This document shows positions 1-12,260 of a stretch of 64,000 bases of DNA, in pieces. The stretch covers positions 83-64,082 of the forward strand of contig CAZGQR010000004.1 of NCBI GenBank assembly GCA_964527765.1, in the 5' to 3' direction. Position numbers and translations under genes: made by a program. Below the pieces are notes generated by a model, which saw only the letters and a program-made list of their open reading frames with translations, was not told the DNA's origin and did not search any database. The DNA is from an uncultured Planctomycetia bacterium (lineage in GTDB: Bacteria > Omnitrophota > Gorgyraeia > Tantalellales > Tantalellaceae). Position 1 is the stretch's first letter. Each line of letters starts with the position of its first letter.

Positions 1-1
1 T

Positions 2-823
2 CCGCGAAAGAAGATAGCGTCACTTTACGAAGAACTTGTTGCCGGCCTGCGCGGTTACATGAAGGAGCACGGATTCTCCAAGACAGTTGTAGGTCTTTCG
101 GGCGGGATCGATTCCGCCGTCACATGCTGCCTGGCAAAAGAAGCCGTGGAAGGCGAAAACGTCCTGGGTCTTTCGATGCCGTCGCCTTATTCTTCAAAGG
201 AAAGCGCTAAATATTCCCGGGCGCTGGCGGAGAACCTCGACATCAGGTTCAAAACAGTGCCCATCTCCGGCATATACCGCTCTTATGTCAAGGCGCTCAA
301 GAAGGATCTTTCGATCGGCGAAGACGAAAAAGAAGTGGGCGTGTATCTTCAGAACATCCAGGCCAGGATACGGGGCAATATCCTTATGGCGTTTTCCAAC
401 AGGTTCGGTCATCTTGTGCTTGCTACCGGGAACAAAAGCGAGGCCATGATGGGGTACTGCACCCTCTACGGGGATACGGCCGGGGGGCTCGCGCCCCTGG
501 CGAATATTTTAAAGACCACGGTCTACCGTCTGGCGGAATATATTAACGGCGAAAAAGAGGTGATCCCCAAAGCGATAGTAGAGAGGCATCCCTCGGCGGA
601 GCTTAGGCCCGGCCAGCGCGACCAGGATACGCTCCCCCCTTATGATGTTCTTGATCGGATACTTTATTTTCTGGAAGAGGGGTGTTCCGAAAAAGAGCTG
701 CTGGAAAAAGGTTTCGAACAGGGAACGGTGAAACAGGTCACGGCGGCCATAGAAAGAAGTGAATATAAGCGAAAACAGGTTCCCCCCGGGCTGCAGGTGA
801 ATGTGAAGCTTTTCGAGGGATGA
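2..823 (+). CDS. nadE: NAD+ synthetase (synthetase domain; 5' end outside the window)
   Basis: Motifs GLSGGIDS, QNIQARIRG, ATGNKSE, GYCTLYGD and PSAELRPGQRDQDTL. The frame is open from base 2 (PRKKIASLYEELVAGLRGY) to the annotated ATG at 59. Confidence 0.93.
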   Translation, partial: PRKKIASLYEELVAGLRGYMKEHGFSKTVVGLSGGIDSAVTCCLAKEAVEGENVLGLSMPSPYSSKESAKYSRALAENLDIRFKTVPISGIYRSYVKALKKDLSIGEDEKEVGVYLQNIQARIRGNILMAFSNRFGHLVLATGNKSEAMMGYCTLYGDTAGGLAPLANILKTTVYRLAEYINGEKEVIPKAIVERHPSAELRPGQRDQDTLPPYDVLDRILYFLEEGCSEKELLEKGFEQGTVKQVTAAIERSEYKRKQVPPGLQVNVKLFEG

Positions 824-857
824 AACGAGTACTGATATTAAAAAAGTGAGGTGAAAT

Positions 858-1781
858 ATGGCGAACGAAACAGTTTTCAGGCGATACAAGGGAAACCCGA
901 TCATCACCGCGGAGGCGGTACCGCGGGCCAACAGCATTCATAACAGTGCCATAGTTTCCTTCGGGAAAGGGTATGCCGGAATATTCAGGGTAGATGAGAT
1001 AGACCTGAATTTTACGATGCATCTCGGGACGAGCAGGGACGGGATCAAGTGGGAGATCGACCCGGAGCCGCTGAAGATGGAATGCGACGACCCCGAGATA
1101 TCGATAAAAGCGAGAACATACGACCCGCGTCTCACGAAAATAGGCGATACCTACTATTTTACCTGGTGCATAGATTCGGCGCAGGGCCCCTGCATAGGGC
1201 TGGCCGTCACCAAGGATTTCAAGACTTTCAGGCAGATGGAGAATCCGCTTCCGCCGGCAAACCGGAACTGCGTGATCTTTCCAAGGAAGATAGGCGGTGA
1301 TTTTGCCATGCTGCACCGTCCCAGCGACCGCGGGCACACCCCCTTCGGGGATATATTCTACAGCACGAGTCCCGATCTGGTCCACTGGGGCAGGCACCGT
1401 TTTGTTTTCGGCACGCTGAAAGGCGGCTGGCAGTCAACAAAGGTAGGTCCGGGCCCGGCGCCCATTGAGATCGAGGAAGGATGGCTCTTGATATACCACG
1501 GCGTGTGGACAAGCTGTAACGGTTATATATATTATGTAGGCGGGGCTATTCTTGAGAAGGAAAGACCCTGGAAAGTGTTATATCGCACGAAAGATTACCT
1601 CCTTGCCCCCACGGAACCGTATGAACGCATAGGCGACGTGCCGAATGTCGTTTTTCCAAGTTCCGCGGTGGTGAACGGCGACACGATATGGATATACTAT
1701 GGATGCGCCGATACCTGTATCTCCATGGCGGAGGCAAAGCTCGGGGATGTCGTCGAATTTATCAAGGCTCACAGCATCTGA
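858..1781 (+). CDS. GH130 family glycoside phosphorylase/hydrolase (beta-mannoside phosphorylase-like)
   Basis: GNPII...HNSA, YDPR, LHRP, GWLLIYHGV and YERIGDVPNVVFP...IYYGCADT are typical of GH130. GAGGTG RBS. Confidence 0.88.
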   Translation: MANETVFRRYKGNPIITAEAVPRANSIHNSAIVSFGKGYAGIFRVDEIDLNFTMHLGTSRDGIKWEIDPEPLKMECDDPEISIKARTYDPRLTKIGDTYYFTWCIDSAQGPCIGLAVTKDFKTFRQMENPLPPANRNCVIFPRKIGGDFAMLHRPSDRGHTPFGDIFYSTSPDLVHWGRHRFVFGTLKGGWQSTKVGPGPAPIEIEEGWLLIYHGVWTSCNGYIYYVGGAILEKERPWKVLYRTKDYLLAPTEPYERIGDVPNVVFPSSAVVNGDTIWIYYGCADTCISMAEAKLGDVVEFIKAHSI

Positions 1782-1818
1782 TCGAAGACGGTATTCGAAG
1801 CCTATTATATATAAATAC

Positions 1819-1848
1819 TTGAAATAAATTTAGCACCTATGTTATAAT
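1819..1848 (+). promoter_or_regulatory. sigma70-type promoter of the tRNA pair
   Basis: TTGAAA (1819-1824), 18 nt spacer, TG-n-TATAAT (1840-1848), ending 17 nt before tRNA-Lys. Confidence 0.7.
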
Positions 1849-1865
1849 ACGCACCAACAAACGGT

Positions 1866-1941
1866 GCCCGCATAGCTCAATTGGTAGAGCAGCGGACTCT
1901 TAATCCGTTGGTTCAAGGTTCGAGTCCTTGTGCGGGTACCA
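1866..1941 (+). tRNA. tRNA-Lys(CUU)
   Basis: Cloverleaf: GCCCGCA/TGCGGGT acceptor, GCTC/GAGC D arm, GCGGA-CT CTT AA-TCCGT anticodon arm, CAAGG-TTCGAGT-CCTTG T arm, encoded CCA. Confidence 0.96.
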
Positions 1942-1993
1942 ACAAATTCTGCTCCGCAGAGTCTGTGAAGCAATAGAAAAACAGATCAATAGA

Positions 1994-2069
1994 GCGGGTG
2001 TAGCTCAGTTGGTAGAGCATCACGTTGCCAACGTGATTGTCGTCGGTTCGAGCCCGATCACCCGCTCCA
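1994..2069 (+). tRNA. tRNA-Gly(GCC)
   Basis: GCGGGTG/CACCCGC acceptor, TCACG-TT GCC AA-CGTGA anticodon arm, GTCGG-TTCGAGC-CCGAT T arm, T discriminator, CCA. Confidence 0.96.
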
Positions 2070-2149
2070 TTTTTATCTTTTACGGCCGGGGGGAGAGGAT
2101 CCCCAAGGGCGTTTTGTGCAAAAAATCAGACATATAGAAGGAAAAAAAC

Positions 2150-2623
2150 ATGAACATTCTAGAACTGCTGGCCAAGAACGCGATATCCGTTGACCTCAAG
2201 TCTTATAAGAAAAAAGAAGCGCTTTCAGAACTGGTGGACCTGCTGGTCTCGGCGGGCACGATCAAGAAAGCGGATAAACCTGAGATCCTGAATAAGCTTG
2301 AGGAAAGGGAAGTGCTGGGATCTACCGGCATAGGCAAAGGGGTGGCGATACCGCATGCCAAGTGCCCCGGGATCAAGAAAATGGTAGCCGCTTTCGGCAT
2401 ATCAAAGAAAGGCCTTGATTTTAAATCCCTTGACGGGGAACTTTCTCATATATTCTTTCTTTTGATAGCCCCCGGCGAAACACCGGGCCCCCATCTCAAG
2501 GCCCTGGCCAAGATATCCCGTTTACTGGACGATAAATTTGTAAGAGACAGGTTGCGCGCGGCGAAGAACATACAGGGCATTTTAGAGATAATCAGACAGG
2601 AAGAGCAAAAGAAATCCCGGTAG
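2150..2623 (+). CDS. ptsN: PTS EIIA component (Ntr/fructose type)
   Basis: EREVLGSTGIGKGVAIPHAK (phospho-His), DFKSLDG, HLKALAKISRLL. Confidence 0.88.
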   Translation: MNILELLAKNAISVDLKSYKKKEALSELVDLLVSAGTIKKADKPEILNKLEEREVLGSTGIGKGVAIPHAKCPGIKKMVAAFGISKKGLDFKSLDGELSHIFFLLIAPGETPGPHLKALAKISRLLDDKFVRDRLRAAKNIQGILEIIRQEEQKKSR

Positions 2624-2625
2624 AA

Positions 2626-3882
2626 ATGAACATGAAAAGACTAAAGTGGCTATACCCGGGGATGCTGATCAAGCGGTGGATATCTCTTTCCGTTTTCGGT
2701 ATCCTCATGATCTCGATGGGGTTTGTCATAGTTATTTCCGAACGTAACCCCGAGAACAAGGCCATAGCGGGCCTTATCATCATTCTGGGGATCCTGTGCG
2801 TGATAATCGCCGTGAAAAGGATACTGAAATCCTTCATGACGGTCCTGATGCCGGAACCGGAAATGGTCAAAAATACCCTGGTAGACAAGGTGTACGCGAA
2901 ACGCATATTAGAAAAAGGTCCGAAGATAGTCGTGATCGGAGGGGGAACAGGCCTTTCCACGCTTCTGACGGGATTGAAACAAAAGACCAGTAATATCACC
3001 GCGATAGTGACGGTAGCGGATGACGGCGGGTCTTCAGGGCGGCTGCGCGAGGAATACGGAGTGCTGCCTCCGGGAGATATACGGAACTGTCTTGTGGCGC
3101 TTGCGGATTCGGAAGACCTTCTCGGGGCGCTTTTTCAGTTCCGCTTTAAGGAAGGAAAAGCGCTGCAGGGCCATAATTTCGGCAATATTTTTATCACGGC
3201 CCTTTCCAAGATCACGGGGGATTTTGCCAAGGCCATCAAGGAGTCCAGCAAGGTCCTTGCTATCAGGGGAAATGTGTTCCCGGCTACCCTGGAGAAGGTC
3301 AAACTGGTGGCGAGAAGAGAGAACGGGAAAGAGACGGTCGGAGAATGCCATATACGCGAAGAAAAGAGCAGTCCCATAGACTGGCTTTTCCTAAGGCCGA
3401 ACGAGTGCAAAGCAACGCAGGAATCAGTGGAAGCCATACGTCAGGCGGATGCGATCGTTCTGGGCCCGGGCAGCCTGTATACCAGCGTGATGCCGAACCT
3501 TCTCATAGAAGGGATACAGAGGGAGATCATGAGATCCAGGGCTATCAAGATCTATATTTGCAATGTCATGACCGAGGCGGGGGAAACGGACGATTATTCG
3601 GTAAGCGACCATGTCAAGGCCATCATAAAGCATACCCGTCCGGGCGTGATAGATTATTGCATAGCAAATGTCATGCGCATCCCAAAAGACCTTTATGAAA
3701 AATATAAGCTTGAAGACAAGTTCCCGGTGAAGTTAAATGAAAATGACGAGAGATGGTTCAGGCAGGAAAAGATAACACTGGTAAAGGCGCATATCGCCAG
3801 CATGAAGGAATTCGTCAGGCATGATTCATTAAAGCTGAGCGATACGATCATGGATATCCTGAATGAGAGCAGGAGAAGGTGA
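2626..3882 (+). CDS. YvcK/GlmR (UPF0052, CofD-like) protein with N-terminal membrane segments
   Basis: KIVVIGGGTGLSTLL, VTVADDGGSSGRLR, PPGDIRNCL, GHNFGN, LGPGSLYTS. Two hydrophobic helices at the N-terminus. Confidence 0.9.
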   Translation: MNMKRLKWLYPGMLIKRWISLSVFGILMISMGFVIVISERNPENKAIAGLIIILGILCVIIAVKRILKSFMTVLMPEPEMVKNTLVDKVYAKRILEKGPKIVVIGGGTGLSTLLTGLKQKTSNITAIVTVADDGGSSGRLREEYGVLPPGDIRNCLVALADSEDLLGALFQFRFKEGKALQGHNFGNIFITALSKITGDFAKAIKESSKVLAIRGNVFPATLEKVKLVARRENGKETVGECHIREEKSSPIDWLFLRPNECKATQESVEAIRQADAIVLGPGSLYTSVMPNLLIEGIQREIMRSRAIKIYICNVMTEAGETDDYSVSDHVKAIIKHTRPGVIDYCIANVMRIPKDLYEKYKLEDKFPVKLNENDERWFRQEKITLVKAHIASMKEFVRHDSLKLSDTIMDILNESRRR

Positions 3883-3889
3883 AGTCCGG

Positions 3890-5923
3890 ATGGTAAAGAA
3901 GACGAAATTCGCAATGGCGTTTCACTGCTATCAGCCCGTGTTCAACTTTGAGCGGGAGATCGAGCGCGCTTTTAAAAACGCTTATTTGCCTCTCTTGAGG
4001 TCCCTGGAAGAATTTCCCGGGGTCAAGGCTTCATTCCATTATTCCGGGAATATGCTGGAATGGTTTGAACGCAGGCACCCGGCCTATATAGAGAGACTGA
4101 AAAAACTGATGCGGCGCAAGCAGATAGAGATCATGGGGGGCGGTTGTTTTGAGCCGGTCATGGCGCTTATCCCGGAACAGGACAGGAAAGAACAGCTGGA
4201 GATGAACGAGGAGATCATCTCAAGGATCTTCGGAATAAAGCCTGACGGCGCGTGGATCGCGGAAAGGGTCTGGGAGCCGGCCCTGGCCGACACCCTGCAC
4301 GATGCGGGCATTAAATATACCATCGTCGATGACCATCATATGCTGAAGGCCGGCGTGAAAGAAGAGAATATCTTCGGCCCCTGTCTTACGCGGGGCAAGA
4401 ACGGTTCGGTGATATTGTTCCCCTCACTGACGAGCCTGAGATACTTGATACCGTTCCGCTCGCCGAAGGACATACTGGGCCGCATTAAAGAGATCGCGGA
4501 GAAGAACCGCGAGGATACGACATGTGTCTTTTTCGCCGACGACGGCGAAAAATTCGGGGCATGGCCGTATACGTACCAATGGGTCCACAAGAAAGGATGG
4601 TTACGGGATTTTTTCCGTGCCCTGGAAGAAAATGCCGACTGGCTTCAGACCGCGACATATTCCGAGATCATGAACACCGTTTCGGCGAAGGAGGTCGGTG
4701 ATATCCCGGAATCCAGTTATGTCGAAATGATGAAATGGAGCGGCGGGAATTTTAAGAATTTTCTGAAAAAATATCCTGAAGCGGGCCAAATGCATAAGAG
4801 GATGGTCTCCGTCAGCGATATGATCAGGGAGATGGAATCCGGGGATGCCGGTTTTGCCGGTGATACCAGGATCCAGGAGGCAAAAAAAGAACTGTTCAAG
4901 GCTCAGGCCGGCTGCGCCTACTGGCACGGGACGTTCGGAGGACTTTATCTTCCGCATCTTCGGTCAGGGGTGTACAGACACCTGATAAAGGCGCGGAACG
5001 CTGTTGACACGCTCCGCGGCGGCGATGATAAGCGAGTGAGATATGTTGAGCACGATCTCGGGGAGTCAAGACGCGAGGTCGTGATCGAGAACAAGCTTAT
5101 CGATCTTTTTGTAAAACCCGCCCTGGGCGGAGGGATAAGCGAACTGGATTACAGGCCCCTGGACATAAATCTGATGAACACCATGTCCCGGGCAAGGGAA
5201 GACTACCATAAAAAACTCGAGAAAAATTATTCCGTGCGGGTGATGGAGGCAAGAAAAGCGATACTTCGCGGGAATTTTACCGATATCCATGACGTGCTGG
5301 GGGTCGGGGAGAGGGGATTGCGAAAGGCATTGTATTACGACGATTACCAGCGGAACTCTTTTCTCACGCATGTTTTCAGCGGCAGGAAGCCGTGGAAAGA
5401 GATGCGCAAAACGCGCACGAGCCATGACGGATTTTTAAGGGAGATGTACGGGTCGCGCGTGGAAACGGGAAAAGAATCCGTCACCCACACGCTTTCAAGG
5501 AGGGACAGGATCCTTGCGGGCAGCGGAGGGCCGCTTGATCTTGAGGTGATCAAGAGAATAACGGTAGGTTCGGAGCCGGCCGTCACGTTCACGCATAAAA
5601 TACTGAAACATTCCGGCGGGCCGGCTATTTTAAGGTACGCCGTGGAATTCAACTTCCTGATATGGGACAGGACGGTCATGTCGGGGCCGGTCTTGACGGA
5701 GACAGACCATTTTTCACTGAAGGACAGATATTCGGATGTGGGCTTGCGGTTTTTTCTCGACGGGAAGTTCACGGTTTTCATGTATCCGATCCATACCATT
5801 AATGAGACCGAAAGCGGCCTTAAGAAGATGTTCCAGGGGGTGTCGGTGCTGATAGGGGATGAATACGACCCCGATGGTGACAGCACTACAGATGATATGA
5901 AGATAACAATGACTGTCGGGTGA
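3890..5923 (+). CDS. GH57 family alpha-amylase / 4-alpha-glucanotransferase
   Basis: HCYQP, WIAERVW (nucleophile Glu), DDGEKFG (acid/base Asp), YWHGTFGGLYLPHLR. Start placed at ATG 3890, just after the yvcK stop. Confidence 0.88.
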   Translation: MVKKTKFAMAFHCYQPVFNFEREIERAFKNAYLPLLRSLEEFPGVKASFHYSGNMLEWFERRHPAYIERLKKLMRRKQIEIMGGGCFEPVMALIPEQDRKEQLEMNEEIISRIFGIKPDGAWIAERVWEPALADTLHDAGIKYTIVDDHHMLKAGVKEENIFGPCLTRGKNGSVILFPSLTSLRYLIPFRSPKDILGRIKEIAEKNREDTTCVFFADDGEKFGAWPYTYQWVHKKGWLRDFFRALEENADWLQTATYSEIMNTVSAKEVGDIPESSYVEMMKWSGGNFKNFLKKYPEAGQMHKRMVSVSDMIREMESGDAGFAGDTRIQEAKKELFKAQAGCAYWHGTFGGLYLPHLRSGVYRHLIKARNAVDTLRGGDDKRVRYVEHDLGESRREVVIENKLIDLFVKPALGGGISELDYRPLDINLMNTMSRAREDYHKKLEKNYSVRVMEARKAILRGNFTDIHDVLGVGERGLRKALYYDDYQRNSFLTHVFSGRKPWKEMRKTRTSHDGFLREMYGSRVETGKESVTHTLSRRDRILAGSGGPLDLEVIKRITVGSEPAVTFTHKILKHSGGPAILRYAVEFNFLIWDRTVMSGPVLTETDHFSLKDRYSDVGLRFFLDGKFTVFMYPIHTINETESGLKKMFQGVSVLIGDEYDPDGDSTTDDMKITMTVG

Positions 5924-5927
5924 TCGT

Positions 5928-6203
5928 ATGCTGGTTAAAAGGGAAATTGTCGTGCAAAACAAAACAGGGTTACATGCCAGGCCCGCGGCCCTGTTTGTCC
6001 AGCTGGCGAATAAATACGAAAGCGATATAACCATAATAAAGGATGACCAGGAAGTTAACGGAAAATCCATAATGGGGATACTGATGCTCGCGGCCGAGAA
6101 AGGCGCCAAAATAACCATAGTCGCCGAGGGGAATGACGCGGAGACGGCGGTGAATGAGCTGTCGGAGATCCTGCTGCATGATATCGAGCCGGATACTCTC
6201 TGA
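5928..6203 (+). CDS. ptsH: Phosphocarrier protein HPr
   Basis: GLHARPAA (His15) and NGKSIMG (Ser46). Confidence 0.95.
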   Translation: MLVKREIVVQNKTGLHARPAALFVQLANKYESDITIIKDDQEVNGKSIMGILMLAAEKGAKITIVAEGNDAETAVNELSEILLHDIEPDTL

Positions 6204-6228
6204 CGGTGAATAAGGGGATAGAGAGCCG

Positions 6229-8019
6229 ATGAAAGGGAAAAAAAGTTATTATCCGAAAAAGAAGCAGATCCAGCTGAAAGGGATCCCCGCGGCCTCCGGG
6301 ATCGTGATAGGCAAAGCGTATGTCTTCGGGACCGAAGACATAATGCCCGTCAAGCGCCATATCGCCGAAAAGGACATACCGCTCGAAATAGAGAGGTTCC
6401 AGAAAGCCCTGGAGAAGACAAAAAAAGAGATCCTCACGATAGAGAGAAAGATATCCAAGGAAATGGGGGTAGAGCACGGGAAGATCTTCAGCGCCCATCT
6501 CCTCGTGCTGGAGGACAGCGTCCTTGTCGAGGAAGTCATTTCCAGGCTGAAGAAAAAGAAGAGGAACATAGAAGTCATATTCGCCGAGGTTCTGGACAAG
6601 TACGTAAGCGCACTTTCCGAAGTGAAAGACGAATATCTGAGGGACAGGATCAGCGATATAACCGATGTCGGAAAGAGAATATTGCGGAATCTCGCGGGGG
6701 TGCAGGAAAAGAGCCTGAAGGACCTTGACGAAAAATCAATAGTGATCGCTTATGACCTGTCGCCTTCCGACACGGCAATGATGCATAAAGGGCGCGTGCT
6801 GGGTTTTGCCACGGATATAGGGGGAAGAACGTCGCATACGGCCATAATGGCGAAATCTCTGGAGATACCGGCAGTGGTGGGGCTGGAATCCGTTACGGAT
6901 GTGGTCAAGAACGGCGACCAGATAATACTGGACGGAGTGCACGGCGTGGTGATCATAAATCCCACCAGGGGATTCATTGAAAAATATCAGGAAGAGCAAA
7001 AGAAGTACGAACATCTTGAGCACGAACTCGTTGAGTTGAAATCACTGCCGGGCGAGACGCTTGACGGAAAAAGGGTCATCGTGGCGGGCAACATAGAATT
7101 ACCGGAGGACGTGGCCAGCGTTATTTCCCACGGCGCGGAGGGAATAGGGTTATACAGGACCGAATATTTTTACATGAACAGGCGCGATCTGCCCAGCGAG
7201 GAAGAGCAGTTTAACGCGTACAAGTCTGTCGCGACAAGAATAAAGCCGCACTACGTGGTGGTAAGAACGCTCGACCTGGGCGGGGATAAATTCCTTTCTC
7301 AGCTTGAGGTGCCGAAGGAGATGAACCCGTTCCTTGGATGGCGGGCGATACGGTTCTGCCTGGCGCGCCCCGACATCTTTAAATCCCATCTCAGGGCCAT
7401 ATTGAGGGCTTCCGCTTTCGGGAACCTGAGACTGATGTATCCGATGATCTCCGGCATCTCGGAATTCCGGCAGGCCAACGAAGTATTGGAAGAGGTCAAA
7501 AAAGAGCTCCGCGAAGAGGGCGTTCCCTTCAATGAGAATATCCCGGTGGGAGCGATGATCGAAGTGCCCTCAGCCGCTATTACCAGCGGCGTCCTGGCGA
7601 AGGAAGCTGATTTTTTCAGTATCGGGACCAACGATCTTATTCAGTACTCGCTTGCGGTGGACAGGGTCAACGAGAAGATCGCGTATCTTTACGAACCGGC
7701 GCATCCGGCGGTGCTGGACCTTATCAAGATGGTCATCGATAACGGGCACAGGGAGAACATATCGGTGGGTTTGTGCGGCGAGATGGCCGGGGACGTGTCA
7801 TTGACCATGATCCTGCTGGGACTCGGGCTGGACGAATTCAGCACTTCTCCCATCGCCGTGCCCGAGATCAAGAAGATAATACGTTCTATAAAATATTCCG
7901 AGGCAAAGGAGATCGCGGAGAAGGTAAGGACATTTGCCACCGGAAAACAGGTTGCAGATTTTGCCAAGGCCAAATTGAAGGAACTGGTCCCGGATGTAGC
8001 CATTGAACTGGGAGAATGA
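6229..8019 (+). CDS. ptsI: PEP-protein phosphotransferase (enzyme I)
   Basis: GGRTSHTAIMA, GIGLYRTE, RTLDLGGDK, NPFLGWRAIR, SIGTNDLIQY, GLCGEMAG. Confidence 0.96.
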   Translation: MKGKKSYYPKKKQIQLKGIPAASGIVIGKAYVFGTEDIMPVKRHIAEKDIPLEIERFQKALEKTKKEILTIERKISKEMGVEHGKIFSAHLLVLEDSVLVEEVISRLKKKKRNIEVIFAEVLDKYVSALSEVKDEYLRDRISDITDVGKRILRNLAGVQEKSLKDLDEKSIVIAYDLSPSDTAMMHKGRVLGFATDIGGRTSHTAIMAKSLEIPAVVGLESVTDVVKNGDQIILDGVHGVVIINPTRGFIEKYQEEQKKYEHLEHELVELKSLPGETLDGKRVIVAGNIELPEDVASVISHGAEGIGLYRTEYFYMNRRDLPSEEEQFNAYKSVATRIKPHYVVVRTLDLGGDKFLSQLEVPKEMNPFLGWRAIRFCLARPDIFKSHLRAILRASAFGNLRLMYPMISGISEFRQANEVLEEVKKELREEGVPFNENIPVGAMIEVPSAAITSGVLAKEADFFSIGTNDLIQYSLAVDRVNEKIAYLYEPAHPAVLDLIKMVIDNGHRENISVGLCGEMAGDVSLTMILLGLGLDEFSTSPIAVPEIKKIIRSIKYSEAKEIAEKVRTFATGKQVADFAKAKLKELVPDVAIELGE

Positions 8020-8059
8020 CAAAGAGCCGGTCTTGCGCAGACAAAAGGAGAGGATTAAG

Positions 8060-8803
8060 ATGAAGGGATTGATATTAGCGGCAGGGTACGGCACCAGGCT
8101 GTATCCTCTGACACTTGATCGGCCCAAGCCTCTTGTCAAGGTCGGGGGGCAGACGATCCTGGAAAGACTGCTCAGGAAATTTGAAAAATTAGAATCTTGC
8201 GATGAAGTGTATATCGTGACAAACGATAAATTTTACGACATGCTCGCCAAGTGGGTCAGGGACCGCAGCTTTTCCATTAAATTGAAGGTCATAAACGACA
8301 TGACCACGTCCAACGAGGGACGGCTCGGCGCAATAGGCGATATTAATCTTGTCCTGGAAAAAGAAAGACCGCGTGACGCCGTGCTGATAGTGGCGGGAGA
8401 TAACCTTTTTGAGTTCGATATAGAGGATTTTATCCTGTTCGCCGAGAAAAGGGCAAAATTCAGCGTGGCATTGTTCGATGTCAAAGATTATAAGCTTGCG
8501 CAGAGGTACGGGATCGTCTCGCTCGATCCCGATCAGAAAATAGACGGTTTCGAAGAAAAGCCGTCCAAGCCGAAAAGCACGCTCGCGTCGACAGGGATCT
8601 ACTATCTGCCCAAGTCAAAACTGTCGCTGTTGGAAGATTACATGAAAACCGACCTGGTAAAAGACGCGCCCGGTAATTTTGTAAGGTGGAGTGTCGACAA
8701 CGATGATGTCTACGGATATGTTTTTACCGAGGGGTGGTATGATATCGGGGATAAAAATTCCCTGGAAAAAGCCGATATAGAATACAGGAAAAGGGAACTT
8801 TAA
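8060..8803 (+). CDS. Sugar-phosphate nucleotidyltransferase (NTP_transferase family)
   Basis: [14 protein letters not shown]...PKPL, GDN, FEEKP, WYDIG. Start at ATG 8060 after AGGAGAGG. Confidence 0.88.
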   Translation: MKGLILAAGYGTRLYPLTLDRPKPLVKVGGQTILERLLRKFEKLESCDEVYIVTNDKFYDMLAKWVRDRSFSIKLKVINDMTTSNEGRLGAIGDINLVLEKERPRDAVLIVAGDNLFEFDIEDFILFAEKRAKFSVALFDVKDYKLAQRYGIVSLDPDQKIDGFEEKPSKPKSTLASTGIYYLPKSKLSLLEDYMKTDLVKDAPGNFVRWSVDNDDVYGYVFTEGWYDIGDKNSLEKADIEYRKREL

Positions 8804-8814
8804 GGAGGACGTGC

Positions 8815-11234
<2,420 letters not shown>

Positions 11235-11242
11235 GGACCAGG

Positions 11243-12235
11243 GTGATGGATATGAAAGAACCGATCAAACGGATAGGAGTATTGACCTCGGGGGGTGACG
11301 CTCCCGGCATGAACGCGGCGATACGCAGCATCGTGCGAAAAGCGATATTTGAGGGGATAGAGGTCAGGGGTATCCTCAGGGGATACGAGGGGCTTATAAA
11401 CGGAGAGATCATAGAGATGAATTCCCGCAGCGTAAGCAACATCCTCGGGCGGGGCGGGACCATCCTGAAGACCGCCAGGTCGGAGGAGTTCAGGGCCAAA
11501 GAGGGCCAGGTCAAGGCCATGAAGGTGATGGAAGAAAGCGCCATTGACGCGCTCGTCATCATAGGGGGTAACGGCTCGTTCCAGGGCGCGATCGATTTTC
11601 AGAAGAACTGCGGCGCAAAAACCATCGGGATACCGGGGACCATTGATAACGATCTTGGATATACGGATTATACAATAGGGGCTCACACATCCGTGAATAC
11701 GGCCTTGGACGCGGTTGATAAGATCCGTGATACGGTTTCAAGTATGGAGCGTATTTATGTGATAGAGGTCATGGGCCGGGAAGAGCCCTATATAGCCGTA
11801 ATGACGGGGTTGGCCGGCGGCGCGGAAGAGGTCCTGTACCCCGGTTCCAGTGTAAGCATGGAACAGATCACCTCGGAGATCGAAAGAGCAGAGGAAAAGG
11901 GAAAAAGAAGCTGGATCATTATTGTGTCCGAAGGTTTTTGCAGCGCTCATTCTCTGGTAAAAAAGATCAAGGAAAGAACCAGGCACTCCGCCAGGGGTAT
12001 AACACTGGGGCACATCCAGAGAGGAGGGTCCCCTACCGCGCCGGACAGAGTGCTCGCTTCAGTGATGGGCGCTTATGCTGTTGACGCCCTCATGAAAGGC
12101 CATTCAGGGGAGATGGTCGGGATAAAGGGAAGCACGCTTCACCTTGTCCCCTACGAAAAGGCCTGCTTTGAAAGGGATCAGGACAGAGAACTGCACGCTC
12201 AGCTGTATGCCCTTACCAGATTACTTGCGTCATGA
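11243..12235 (+). CDS. pfkA: ATP-dependent 6-phosphofructokinase
   Basis: LTSGGDAPGMNAA, GGTILKTAR, PGTIDND, EVMGR, LGHIQRGG. The exact start Met among 11243-11252 is uncertain. Confidence 0.93.
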   Translation: MMDMKEPIKRIGVLTSGGDAPGMNAAIRSIVRKAIFEGIEVRGILRGYEGLINGEIIEMNSRSVSNILGRGGTILKTARSEEFRAKEGQVKAMKVMEESAIDALVIIGGNGSFQGAIDFQKNCGAKTIGIPGTIDNDLGYTDYTIGAHTSVNTALDAVDKIRDTVSSMERIYVIEVMGREEPYIAVMTGLAGGAEEVLYPGSSVSMEQITSEIERAEEKGKRSWIIIVSEGFCSAHSLVKKIKERTRHSARGITLGHIQRGGSPTAPDRVLASVMGAYAVDALMKGHSGEMVGIKGSTLHLVPYEKACFERDQDRELHAQLYALTRLLAS

Positions 12236-12260
12236 AGCCCTCCGGGGTTAAGGCTTAACC

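Noticed and set aside
1928-2137. 69-aa ORF on the + strand
   Set aside because: It overlaps tRNA-Lys and tRNA-Gly, so it is a shadow ORF.
1866-2150. tRNA pair as a possible integration site
   Set aside because: No integrase is present, and I noticed no duplicated tRNA 3' end in the window.
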